Below, in pieces: positions 1 through 8,836 of a stretch of DNA of 15,476 bases. This DNA is from an uncultured Deinococcaceae bacterium. Its GTDB lineage: Bacteria > Deinococcota > Deinococci > Deinococcales > Deinococcaceae. The first letter of the stretch is position 1. Each line of letters starts with the position of its first letter. The translations under genes were made by a program, and so were the position numbers. Where the stretch lies: NCBI GenBank assembly GCA_964252075.1, contig CAXULY010000074.1:1-15476 (forward strand), in the 5' to 3' direction. The notes under the pieces were generated by a model. It ran no database searches. It worked only from the letters and a program-made list of their open reading frames with translations, and was not told where the DNA came from.

Positions 1-66
1 GGCACCGACCTGCTGCGCGATCCGAAGGTGCGGGCGCGGGTGCTGACCTTCATCACGCGGCCCTGA
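1..66 (+). CDS. 3' end of a gene entering the window (...GTDLLRDPKVRARVLTFITRP*), possibly an alpha/beta-hydrolase C-terminus
   Basis: Open frame from base 1 with GC-rich third positions, TGA at 64-66, immediately followed by a hairpin. The product guess rests only on the 'GTDLL...VLTFI' tail. Confidence 0.55.
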   Translation, partial: GTDLLRDPKVRARVLTFITRP

Positions 67-90
67 ACCCACACCGGTCCGGGTGTGGGT
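67..90 (+). terminator. Stem-loop directly after the stop codon, candidate terminator
   Basis: ACCCACACC (67-75) / GGTGTGGGT (82-90), perfect 9-bp stem with 6-nt loop; no U-tract. Confidence 0.5.
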
Positions 91-745
91 GGGGCCAGGC
101 TGAAGTGCACGTGCTGGCGGTCGTCGTGCACCGACTGCTGCAGACCTGTGGTGCGGGCAGCGGGTCGGGCACCGCCCTCTTCTGAACCAGCCTGACCGTC
201 GCGAAGTACACCGAGCGACTGACGTGCCAGACCCCACCTTCACTGTGCAGACGGGCGCGGAGGAGACCGGCATTTCACCGTGCGTGTGCGCAGTTCGACC
301 CACATTGTAGGGTGAATGACCGGCTCCATGAGCGCTGCGGGGTGTTCATCGGGCACCACCAGGCGCGCTTCGCGGCACGGCTGGGCAGGGCGGACCTGGT
401 GCGAGGTCGCCCGCGCCTCCTCGACCGAGGGGCGGGCGACGAGACGCCCAGCACCACGATCACCCTGCCGATCGTTGCGCTCCACCGACCGCACCGGCAG
501 GTTAGAGAGCGCACGCCCACTGACCTTCCTCGGGCGCCCATAGGCCCTCCTGCCGACCGGAAACGCGGCCCGTCAGCGCCTCAGGGCGTGAGGTCCCGAC
601 CGCTCTTGACCTTGCATGCCGCACCAACCACGCACAAGCTTGGAGGCGCTGAAGTGAGGCCCGATGAATGAAGTCACGCGTTGGCGCGTCCGGGCCTGTG
701 CCGCATCACGGCTCATGCGGCGGCTCCCGCGGAGATCCCCAACGC

Positions 746-1408
746 CTACAACCCTCCAAGCACGGAGGTCAGGACGGCCCGCTCCAGCGCGACCGGGTGG
801 GCGCTACCGAACGCCTCGGCGATCCCCGGTGCGCGGCGGCAGATCAGCGCCACGCGCCGCACGTGCGCGTCCACCAGTGTCCGGGGTGACCGCTCGGGGC
901 GCACCAGCGCAGCTTCCACATCCCGGCGTTCAGGTGATTCACGCCCCGGTTCCACGTCCGTTCAGACCCAGCCATCAGCAGTTCCGTCACCAGCGCCTCG
1001 TCCATCACCAGCCCCTGGACGGCCACGCTTCGCTCCCCGCGACCGATGACCGCAGGGACACGCAGCGCCAGAACGCTCGGGTGGCGCGGACGGTGTGGCG
1101 CGAATCGGTGTACCGGGGCCTGGGACCAGCATGCGCACGCGGCCATCCTCGACGCTGACCTGCGGGCCGCTGTGGGACCACACGTGAATCCAACGACCTT
1201 CGGCGGTGGGGGCGTTGCGCATGGCGGCCCCAAACAGGGCGTGATCCAGCACCAACGGGCGATGCGCTGACAGCCAGGCCATCGCGCCGTCCCGGAAAGA
1301 CGGCAGGGCGTCATCGTGGAGGAGGATGTGCTGGTCCACGTCGGGGTGGCGGTCGGTCGTGCCGCGTCCGAGCTGATGGCCTTCCTGCTGCGGCTGCGAA
1401 GGCGGCAC
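746..1408 (-). pseudogene. Possible decayed hypothetical gene(s)
   Basis: Protein-like stretches move between minus-strand frames: QHILLHDDALPSFRDGAMAWLSAHRPLVLDHALFG...RMLVPGP (962..1408 frame), SVLALRVPAVIGRGERSVAVQGLVMDEALVTELLMAG (844..1662 frame), DVEAALVRPERSPRTLVDAHVRRVALICRR (746..955 frame). No family recognised. Confidence 0.25.
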
Positions 1409-1440
1409 GCTCGGGCCGGTCGGTCACGCCCATGACGGGC

Positions 1441-1474
1441 CGCGGCTCGCTCAACGGTCCTTGAGCGGGCCGTG
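1441..1474 (+). repeat. 14-bp inverted repeat / RNA hairpin
   Basis: CGCGGCTCGCTCAA (1441-1454) / TTGAGCGGGCCGTG (1461-1474); both mismatches are G:U pairs on the + strand; 6-nt loop. Confidence 0.55.
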
Positions 1475-1950
1475 CTGGGGTGGAGCGGTGCGGGGGCCTC
1501 GCCGCGATGAACGGAGGGGCAACCCTGCTGTTCGCAGCCTTTGTGGCAGCCCCTGTGTGCGGACGGTGATCCGTGGATGCGCGCCGCGGTCGACGCACGC
1601 CGAATGGCTGCAGCGCCCGCACGCATGCGGGGCTGGGGGCGTTCGTAGGTGCGCCCTTGCACCGGGCGAGCCGACCCGCCGGCACGCTGCAGGGTGGGGG
1701 CGCGGAGGGTGAAGGAACGTCAGGCAGAACGACGCTTCATCCACCTTCCCGGTGGGGGCATGGGGCAGAAATGCCAAGCGGATCCCTGGAGGCCGGTCGT
1801 GTGGCAGATGGAAACGCGGGTGGCAATGGGCGTCGACGCTCGCCTCCTGCACGCCGCGTCCCCCATGGGGCCTTTGTGCTGGGCAGACCTCAGTCAGCGT
1901 CCGTCGAGCCCCCGTCCGCGTGACGAACGGGGTGGGGTCGCCAGTGGGGG

Positions 1951-1979
1951 TTGTGTTTTCGGGCGTGGTGATCTACCGT
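1951..1979 (+). promoter_or_regulatory. Sigma70-type promoter of the sugar operon
   Basis: TTGTGT (1951-1956), 17 bp, TACCGT (1974-1979); first operator begins 12 bp after the -10 box. Confidence 0.65.
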
Positions 1980-1991
1980 AGCCCTACCCCA

Positions 1992-2007
1992 CAGAAAGCC
2001 CTTTCCG
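1992..2007. promoter_or_regulatory. Candidate LacI-family operator O1
   Basis: CAGAAAGCCCTTTCCG: GAAAG/CTTTC dyad just downstream of the predicted transcription start; aligns with O2. Confidence 0.7.
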
Positions 2008-2045
2008 TTCATGTTGTCCTTCTCGCCTTTCTTTGCCCGCGCTGA

Positions 2046-2061
2046 CGGAAAGGCTTTTCCG
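2046..2061. promoter_or_regulatory. Candidate LacI-family operator O2
   Basis: CGGAAAGGCTTTTCCG: perfect CGGAAA/TTTCCG arms, 3 bp before the GAGG ribosome-binding site of the LacI gene. Confidence 0.75.
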
Positions 2062-2072
2062 CACGAGGTGTT

Positions 2073-3095
2073 GTGCCCAACGGATTCCTCAACCCCACCA
2101 TCAAGGACGTCGCCGAAGCGGCCGGCGTCAGCATCGGCACAGTCTCCAAGGCCCTCAGCGGCCAGGGGCAACTGCGCGACGCGACCCGAACCCGCGTCTT
2201 GGAGGCCGCCGCCACGCTGGGCTTCCGCCCCAACAGCAACGCCCAGAACCTCGTGCGCCGCCGCACCTACACCATCGGCCTCATCTCGGCGGACAGCTAC
2301 GGCCGCTTCAGCATGCCGCTCCTCGAAGGCCTCGAGGCGGCGCTCGTGGACGCCCAACTCTCGGTGTTCCTGTGCAACGCCGCCAACGACCCCGCGCGCG
2401 AACGCGCGCACGTGGAATCCCTGCTGGCCAAGCGCGTGGACGGCATCATCGTCACCGGGCGCCGCACCGACCCGCGCCCACCCCTCGACCTCGGCGGCGC
2501 GCGCCTCCCCGTCCTCTACGCCTACGCCCAGACCACCGACCCGGACGCCGCCTGCCTCCTCCCCGACGACGAGGGGGGCGGCGCGCTGGCCGCGCAGCAC
2601 CTCATCGAGCAGGGCCGCACCCGCCTCGCGCACATTACTGGCCCCCGCCACTTCGAGGCGGTGCAACTTCGCCGCCAGGGCCTTCTGAGCGCCCTGCACG
2701 CGCGCGGCCTCTCCCTCCCGCCGGACCGGGACCTGTCCGGCCCCTGGGCGGAAGCCTGGGGCGCGGAGGCCGTCCACCTCCTCCTGGACCGGGGCGTGCC
2801 CTTCGACGCGCTGTTCTGCGGCAACGACCAGATCGCGCGTGGCGCCGCCGACGCGCTGCGTGAACGCGGCGCGCGCGTCCCTGAGGACGTCGCGCTGGTC
2901 GGATACGACAACTGGGAGATCATGGCGGCCGCCACCCGCCCACCCCTCACCAGCATCGACATGAACATCCACACCCTCGGCCGGCAGGCCGCGCGTCAGC
3001 TGATCGCCCTGATCGACGGCCACCCGCATGCCGGCGTGCAGCGCCTGCCCTGCACCCTGGTGGTGCGCGGGTCCAGCGTCTCGAGGCCCGCATGA
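2073..3095 (+). CDS. LacI/GalR-family transcriptional repressor
   Basis: N-terminal HTH PTIKDVAEAAGVSIGTVSKAL, hinge PNSNAQNL, effector-domain motifs VDGIIV, FCGNDQIARG, VPEDVALVGYDN, PPLTSI; GTG start with GAGG upstream. Confidence 0.97.
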   Translation: MPNGFLNPTIKDVAEAAGVSIGTVSKALSGQGQLRDATRTRVLEAAATLGFRPNSNAQNLVRRRTYTIGLISADSYGRFSMPLLEGLEAALVDAQLSVFLCNAANDPARERAHVESLLAKRVDGIIVTGRRTDPRPPLDLGGARLPVLYAYAQTTDPDAACLLPDDEGGGALAAQHLIEQGRTRLAHITGPRHFEAVQLRRQGLLSALHARGLSLPPDRDLSGPWAEAWGAEAVHLLLDRGVPFDALFCGNDQIARGAADALRERGARVPEDVALVGYDNWEIMAAATRPPLTSIDMNIHTLGRQAARQLIALIDGHPHAGVQRLPCTLVVRGSSVSRPA

Positions 3096-3237
3096 TCCGC
3101 GACCACCCGGGCCGCAGCCCCCCCTGAGGCGACCACCCCTTCCATCCGGTCCCGTGGCGCTCCAGCGTCCACACCGGTTCACGCTGCCGCACACCACGCA
3201 CCCGACTGCCCCCACAGCAGGCCGGGAAGGAGCCCTC

Positions 3238-4563
3238 ATGTCGAGACGCACCCTGACCCTCGCCCTCACCCTCGCCAGCCTCCTCACCCCGCCTGCCCTG
3301 GCGCAGGGCGTGAAGAGCACCTACAGCGGCCCCAAGGTGGAGATCACCTTCTGGAATGGCCAGAGCGGCGACAACCGCAAGTACATCGACGACCTCGTCA
3401 AGAAGTACAACGCCTCGCACGCGAACGTGAACGTGCGCCTCACCACGCCGCCCGGCGACACCATCGCGCAGCAGCTCCCCTCGCTGGTCGCCGCCGGGCG
3501 CGCGCCGGACGTCACCTCCCTCATCGAAACCATGACCATCCCGAACGGTCTGCGCGGCGTGATTGAGCCCCTCACCCCGGCCATGCTGAAGCAGGGCGGC
3601 ATCGACCAGGGCCGCTTCTACAAGTCGCTGTGGGCGGGCGCCACCTACGGCGGCAAAAGCTACGGCGTGCCGGTGTACAACGTCGCCTTCGCGATGTACT
3701 ACAACAAGGACCTGCTGAAGCGCATGGGCGTCACCACGGTGCCCGCCACCAGCGGCGAATTCCTGAAGGCGGCGCAGGCCTGCACCACCGACAAGGCCGG
3801 AAAGCACCCCACCGAGGCGGGCTTCGACGCCAGGAACCTGCAGACCTGGGGCGTCGGCATTCCTGGCAGCTTCAACGGCGGCGTGCTCGCATACGTCGCC
3901 ACCCTGCAAAACGGCGGGAACTCGGTGGACGCCAGCAACAACCCCACCTTCACGAACGCCCAGGCGCGCGCGGGCTTCCAGTCCATCCTGGACCTCGTCA
4001 GCAGGCACCACGTGTCACCCGCGAACATGACCGAAGACAGCCAGGAGGCGGCGTTCCGCGCGGGCAAGCAGTGCTTCTCCATGACGGGCACCTGGATCAT
4101 GGTGAACTACCAGGGGCAGAAGAACCTGAACTTCGGCGTGGCGCCGCTGCCGCAGCTGGGCAGCAAGAACCGGTCCTCGTGGGGGGGCAGCGGCTACCTG
4201 GTGCTGCCCAAGCAGCGTGGGAACTATGACCCCAACAAGCGCGCCGCCGCGCTGGATTTCATCAACTGGTTCACCCTGCCGGAGAACAACCTGTACTTCA
4301 ATCAGGGCGGCACCCTGCCCACCATGCCCGCCGTCGCCGCCGACAAAAGCTACGACGGCACCCCCCTGCAGGAGCTGTTCAGGGGCCTGCAGGACGTGCA
4401 CATCGAAGCGGGCTTCCCGTGGGTGGACCAGGTGCGCAGCGCCTGGGACAACGCCTGGGACGCCGCGCTGAGTGGCAAGAAGGACGTGCAGGCGGCCCTG
4501 AAGGACGGCGAGGTCGAGGCCACCAAGACCGTGCAGCAGGCCCGGCAGAACTTCACGAAATGA
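3238..4563 (+). CDS. ABC transporter carbohydrate-binding protein (CUT1, family 1 SBP), 441 aa
   Basis: Start is the ATG at 3238 behind AAGGAG (3227-3232), not 3028; signal peptide MSRRTLTLALTLASLLTPPALA|QG with no lipobox; motifs ITFW, GRAPDV, GKSYGVP, MYYNKDLL, FGVAPLP. Confidence 0.95.
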   Translation: MSRRTLTLALTLASLLTPPALAQGVKSTYSGPKVEITFWNGQSGDNRKYIDDLVKKYNASHANVNVRLTTPPGDTIAQQLPSLVAAGRAPDVTSLIETMTIPNGLRGVIEPLTPAMLKQGGIDQGRFYKSLWAGATYGGKSYGVPVYNVAFAMYYNKDLLKRMGVTTVPATSGEFLKAAQACTTDKAGKHPTEAGFDARNLQTWGVGIPGSFNGGVLAYVATLQNGGNSVDASNNPTFTNAQARAGFQSILDLVSRHHVSPANMTEDSQEAAFRAGKQCFSMTGTWIMVNYQGQKNLNFGVAPLPQLGSKNRSSWGGSGYLVLPKQRGNYDPNKRAAALDFINWFTLPENNLYFNQGGTLPTMPAVAADKSYDGTPLQELFRGLQDVHIEAGFPWVDQVRSAWDNAWDAALSGKKDVQAALKDGEVEATKTVQQARQNFTK

Positions 4564-4573
4564 GCCGCCCGGC

Positions 4574-4592
4574 GGGCGCGCGCGGCGCGCCC
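4574..4592 (+). other. Intra-operon stem-loop after the binding-protein gene
   Basis: GGGCGCGC / GCGCGCCC 8-bp stem with 3-nt loop; this position is typical of elements that stabilise SBP mRNA relative to permeases. Confidence 0.4.
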
Positions 4593-4609
4593 CACGGATT
4601 GAGGTGCCC

Positions 4610-5557
4610 ATGAGTCTCAGCGTCCCTGCCCGTCCACGCCGCGCCCGCCCCCGCTGGCTCACCCTGGACGACGCCAACCCCCTCATCCCTTACCTGCTGC
4701 TGCTGCCGCACGCCCTGCTGTTCCTGGCCTTCATCGTGTTCCCCATCGCCTTCGGGGTGTGGGTGAGCGTGCACCGCTTCGACCCCGTCGCGGACCAGCA
4801 GCCGTTCGTGGGCCTGCTGTACTACCGCAACCTCTTCGACCCCAGCACCCCGCAGTTCGACCAGTTCTGGCAGGCCCTGCGCAACACCGCCGTGTTCGCC
4901 GTGATCAGCGTGCCGCTGCTGGTGGCCTACTCGCTGTCCCTCGCGCTGCAGCTGCACGGGCGGGTGCCGTTTCGCGCGTTCTTTCGGGCGGTGTTCTTCC
5001 TGCCGGGCATTCTGGCGGGCACGGTGGTGGGCGTGCTGTGGCGCTGGCTCTTCGACAACCAGAGCGGCCTGGTGAACGCCGTCCTGGACGGTCTGGGCCG
5101 CGCGCCCATCCCCTTTTTGACCAGCGAGGGCCTCGCCTGGATTCCGATCATCGGCGCGACCCTGTGGACCGCCTGCGGCTTCAACATGACGGTGTACCTC
5201 GCGGCGCTCTCGGGCATCTCGGCCAGCCTGTACGAGGCGGCGGATCTGGACGGCGCGAACGGCGCGCAGAAGTTTCGCTTCATCACCTGGCCCATGCTGG
5301 CCCCCACCACCCTGTTCGTGACCGTTACAAGCGCGCTGGGCGCCTTTGGGCTGTTCTTCCAGAGCGTGTTCATCACGGGGGGTGGCCCCAACCGCAGCAC
5401 CACCAGCGTGATCCAGTACCTCACCACCGAGGCCTTCAACAACGTGCAGTACTCCTCCGCCACCGCCATGAGCCTGGTGTTCGCGGCGCTGCTCCTGACC
5501 TTCACGGTCGTGCAGTTCCGGCTGATGGTGCGCGACATGACGCGCGGAGGCCGCTGA
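4610..5557 (+). CDS. Carbohydrate ABC transporter permease (MalF/UgpA-like), 315 aa
   Basis: ATG at 4610 behind GAGGT; multiple TM helices; FVGLLYY motif; EAA loop LYEAADLDGANGAQKFRFITWPML. Confidence 0.96.
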   Translation: MSLSVPARPRRARPRWLTLDDANPLIPYLLLLPHALLFLAFIVFPIAFGVWVSVHRFDPVADQQPFVGLLYYRNLFDPSTPQFDQFWQALRNTAVFAVISVPLLVAYSLSLALQLHGRVPFRAFFRAVFFLPGILAGTVVGVLWRWLFDNQSGLVNAVLDGLGRAPIPFLTSEGLAWIPIIGATLWTACGFNMTVYLAALSGISASLYEAADLDGANGAQKFRFITWPMLAPTTLFVTVTSALGAFGLFFQSVFITGGGPNRSTTSVIQYLTTEAFNNVQYSSATAMSLVFAALLLTFTVVQFRLMVRDMTRGGR

Positions 5558-6408
5558 TGCTGGCGTCGGCGCCCCGCCGCCCCAGGCCACAGGCCGTCGC
5601 GGGCGCGCTGCGCCTCGCCCTGCTGGCCTTCCAGGCGCTGCTGTTCCTGCTGCCGGTGTACTGGATGATCAGCACCAGCCTCAAGCCGGAAGGCGACACC
5701 GTTGCGCAGCCCATCCAGTGGTACCCGTGGCACCCCACCCTGGAGAACTACCGCACCGTACTCGCCAGCCCGGACAGCGACGTGCCGCGCTGGACCCTGA
5801 ACAGCGCCGTCACCTCGCTGGCCTTCACCTTCGGGACGGTGCTCACCTGCACGCTCGCGGCCTACGCCATCGCGCGGCTGAAATTCCGGGGGCGCGAGGC
5901 GTGGTTCTGGTTCGTGCTCTCCAGCCTGATGGTGCCGGGCTTCACCACCCTGATCCCCAGCTTCATCATGATCCTGAAACTCGGCTGGCTAGACACGTAC
6001 CACGCCCTGATCTGGCCCTCGATGGGCGGCGCCTTCGGGGTCTTCATGCTGCGGCAGTTCTTCATGGGCCTGCCGGTCGAGCTGGAGGAAGCCGCCCGCC
6101 TGGACGGCGCCAACACCCTGCAGGTGCTGCGGTACGTGATCGTGCCGCTCTCCAGGCCCGCCCTGGCGACCCTGAGCGTGTTCACGTTCCTGGGCGCCTG
6201 GAACAGCGTGATCTGGCCCCTGTACGTCACGCACGGGGACACCATGACGCTGCCCGCCGGCCTCGCGCAGTTTCAGAGCGTGTACGCCACCACCTACGGC
6301 ACCCTGATGGCCGGCACCACCCTGGCGGCCCTCCCCGCGCTGGTCGCGTACCTGTTCGCCCAGCGCTACCTGGAAGCGGGCCTCACCCTCACGGGCCTCA
6401 AGGAATGA
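5557..6408 (+). CDS. Carbohydrate ABC transporter permease (MalG/UgpE-like), 283 aa
   Basis: Starts in a TGATG overlap at 5557 (the 4759 ORF start is spurious); YWMISTSLK, AAYAIARLKFRGR, EAA loop ELEEAARLDGA. Confidence 0.96.
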   Translation: MLASAPRRPRPQAVAGALRLALLAFQALLFLLPVYWMISTSLKPEGDTVAQPIQWYPWHPTLENYRTVLASPDSDVPRWTLNSAVTSLAFTFGTVLTCTLAAYAIARLKFRGREAWFWFVLSSLMVPGFTTLIPSFIMILKLGWLDTYHALIWPSMGGAFGVFMLRQFFMGLPVELEEAARLDGANTLQVLRYVIVPLSRPALATLSVFTFLGAWNSVIWPLYVTHGDTMTLPAGLAQFQSVYATTYGTLMAGTTLAALPALVAYLFAQRYLEAGLTLTGLKE

Positions 6409-7141
6409 GCGCCTCCCGAACCGTCCGGCGGGCCGCCGGCGCCGCGCCCGCCCTCACGCTGGGTGCGTGCGCGCACACCACCTCCACCTCCCTGCACCGC
6501 GCCTCGGTGGGCACCAACGCCACCTCCGCCGACAAGACCCTGGCGGGGATCTTCGGGGAGGTGGGCGGCTCCTGACCGGCCACGGGTTCACCAGCGACGA
6601 CAGCGGTCCCCTCCCGGACCGCTGGTTTCACCTGGCGGACGGGCCGTCCGCCGGGAACTTCACGCCCTTCACGCCTCCCGGCGACACGAGCACCTGCGTG
6701 CGCCTGCCCGCGCCGGGCCGCAGGCGCGGGCCGGACGACGCCTCCATGGACGGCTTCGATCAGCTGGTCCTGAAAGAGCAGGGCACCGCGCCCACCGACG
6801 CGGACTCGCGCGCCGAGCACCTGACGCACGACATCGTCGACCACGGCGGGAACGGCGTGGCGAACGGGCCCATGGCGGTCACCGAAATGCCGCCCTTCCA
6901 GACCGGGCAGGGCGAGGTCAACGACGCCGAGTGGCGCTGCGGGCCGACCATCGAGACCGACACGCTGGGCTTCGTGGTGCCCGGCATGCCGGGCACCGTC
7001 CGGGACCTCGCTGGGCGCTCTGCGCGGGTCTCCGGCACCATCGACACCACGACGTGCACGCGGTTCATGGCGACCCTGATGGCGCTCGTGGACGCGAACG
7101 CATGGCGCTCAGTGAACGACGTGCGGTGCGTCCGGCGGTGA
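6405..7141 (+). pseudogene. Frameshifted remnant of a secreted lipoprotein, plausibly once a larger carbohydrate-active protein
   Basis: ATGA overlap with the permease stop; MSASRTVRRAAGAAPALTLGA|C has basic residues and a lipobox-like LGAC; this frame stops at 6575 and coding-like sequence continues in another frame from about 6563 to 7141 with no clear start of its own. Confidence 0.65.
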
Positions 7142-7195
7142 GCCGCCCACCCGCCCCCTCCACCCGCTTCCATTCCAAGGAAAGGACACCGCCCG

Positions 7196-8836
7196 ATGCA
7201 GGACCTCAGCTACGACAACCGCGATCCGCTCTTCACATTCGCCGGGCAGACCTTTGCGGTGCAGGTCTTCACCTTCGAGAACGTCTACGGCCTGGACCCG
7301 CAGCGCTGCGCCGTGCAGCAGGACGAAGGGCATTTCACGCTCACGGTGGGCGGCCTGACCAGCGGCGCCGGGCAGCTGCGCGCCGAAGGCGGGCTTCGCC
7401 TGCGCGCCTCACGGCGCGGCGAGCGCCTGCGCTTCGACATCACCGCCCGCGCCCCCAGCACCATCCGCAGTGTGAAGCTCACCTTCAAAGACCAGCCGGG
7501 CCGCACGGTGGAGGCGCTGCGCGAGGGACCACAACCCGTGCCGGGCGAGGGCCTGCTGCTGCGCTACCCGGAAGGGTGGCGCGGCCTGTACACCCCCCTG
7601 CTGGTGCTGCGCGGTGCAGGCGGCGAGCTGCGCTACGCCCGCAGCCTGGACCGCGAGGTGCGCGAGAAGCGCTTCGCCCTGGTGCCGCGCGGGAACGGCT
7701 TCGACCTGGAGCTGATCTTCGAGGAGCTCGCCACCCGCATGGGGGACCAGGTGACGGTGCCCACCTGGGAGGTCGGTCCGACGCCCAGCCCGGAAGCCAT
7801 CCTGCGGGAGCACCATCAGTTCCTGGAGGCGGCGCTGGACCTGCCCACCTGGGAGACGCGGCCCGACGTGCCCGGCTGGGCGCGGGAGGTCGCGCTGGTC
7901 GCGGCCATCCACGGGCAGCACTACTCCGGCTACATCTTCAACGACTACGCCGCCATGCTCAGCGCGATTCGATGGCTCGCGGAGCGCCTGGAGGGACGGC
8001 GCATCCTGGCGTACCTGCCCGGCTGGGAGGGGCGTTACTACTGGCAGTACGGCGACTACTGGCCCGACCCGCGCATGGGCGGCCCGGACGGCTTCGCGCG
8101 CCTGTGCGAGGGCGCCCGCGGGCTGGGCGTGCACCTCATGCCGATGTTCGGCCTGAACTACGCCAGCCGCCACACGCCGGGCTTCGACACCTGGGGCGCG
8201 CCCTCCGAGCACCGCACGCCCGGCGGGGCGCTGGGCGCGGGCTCGGTGGACTGGGACGGCGCGCGGCACCACAACCACGGCTGGGGCGCCATGCTGAACC
8301 CCGGCGCGCCCGGCTGGCAGCATCACCTGGTGGGCCAGATCGGGGGACTCATCGACCGCTACCGCTTCGACGGGGCCTTTCTGGACATCTCGGCGGCCTG
8401 GGTGAACGACCCGCGCTGGGACACCGTGCCGGGCCTGGAGGCGCTGGTCGCGCGGCTGCGCGCGAACCGGCCGGAGCTGCTGGTGGCGGGCGAGGGCTGG
8501 TACGACGCAGCCGGCCGCGCCCTTCCGCTGCTGCAGTCCGGGCACACCGACGGGGTGCTGCACCACCACGACGCCCCCTACGCGCCGCTCTTCGACCGCC
8601 ACGCCCGCTCCTTCGGGCACCTGTGCCAGGGCGATCCGGGCCGGGGCAGCACGGGCGTGCATGAGCTCGGCCGCAACCCCATCCGCCGCACGCCCGTCCG
8701 CCCCGGCGTGATCCCCACCCTGACCATCGTGGAAGACACCCTGACGCACGCGCCCGAGGCGGTCGAGGCCATCCTGGCCGACGCGCGGCAGTACGCGGGG
8801 CTGACCCGGCCCGCCGTGGAACAGGACCTGGCATGA
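7196..8836 (+). CDS. Uncharacterised cytoplasmic glycoside-hydrolase-like protein (beta-rich N-domain plus predicted TIM barrel; DUF6259/GH36/GH129-like architecture)
   Basis: AAGGA RBS, strong codon bias, no signal peptide; AYLPGWEGRYYWQYGDYWPDPRMGGPDGFARL...GVHLMPMFG, MLNPGAPGWQHHL, YRFDGAFLDIS (candidate nucleophile Asp), LLVAGEGWYD (candidate acid/base). The CDS is secure; the family is inference. Confidence 0.75.
   Translation: MQDLSYDNRDPLFTFAGQTFAVQVFTFENVYGLDPQRCAVQQDEGHFTLTVGGLTSGAGQLRAEGGLRLRASRRGERLRFDITARAPSTIRSVKLTFKDQPGRTVEALREGPQPVPGEGLLLRYPEGWRGLYTPLLVLRGAGGELRYARSLDREVREKRFALVPRGNGFDLELIFEELATRMGDQVTVPTWEVGPTPSPEAILREHHQFLEAALDLPTWETRPDVPGWAREVALVAAIHGQHYSGYIFNDYAAMLSAIRWLAERLEGRRILAYLPGWEGRYYWQYGDYWPDPRMGGPDGFARLCEGARGLGVHLMPMFGLNYASRHTPGFDTWGAPSEHRTPGGALGAGSVDWDGARHHNHGWGAMLNPGAPGWQHHLVGQIGGLIDRYRFDGAFLDISAAWVNDPRWDTVPGLEALVARLRANRPELLVAGEGWYDAAGRALPLLQSGHTDGVLHHHDAPYAPLFDRHARSFGHLCQGDPGRGSTGVHELGRNPIRRTPVRPGVIPTLTIVEDTLTHAPEAVEAILADARQYAGLTRPAVEQDLA

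Noticed and set aside
304..309. TACAAT on the minus strand as a promoter
   Set aside because: No -35 element and no credible downstream gene.
3099..3138. Direct repeat GCGACCACCC twice in the lacI-SBP spacer
   Set aside because: Only two 10-bp GC-rich copies, no dyad and no match to the operator.
3028..3237. N-terminal extension of the SBP ORF (likewise 4759-5556 for the second permease and 13315-13488 for the DGC)
   Set aside because: The RBS plus signal peptide, the stop/start overlap and the first TM helix point to the downstream starts.
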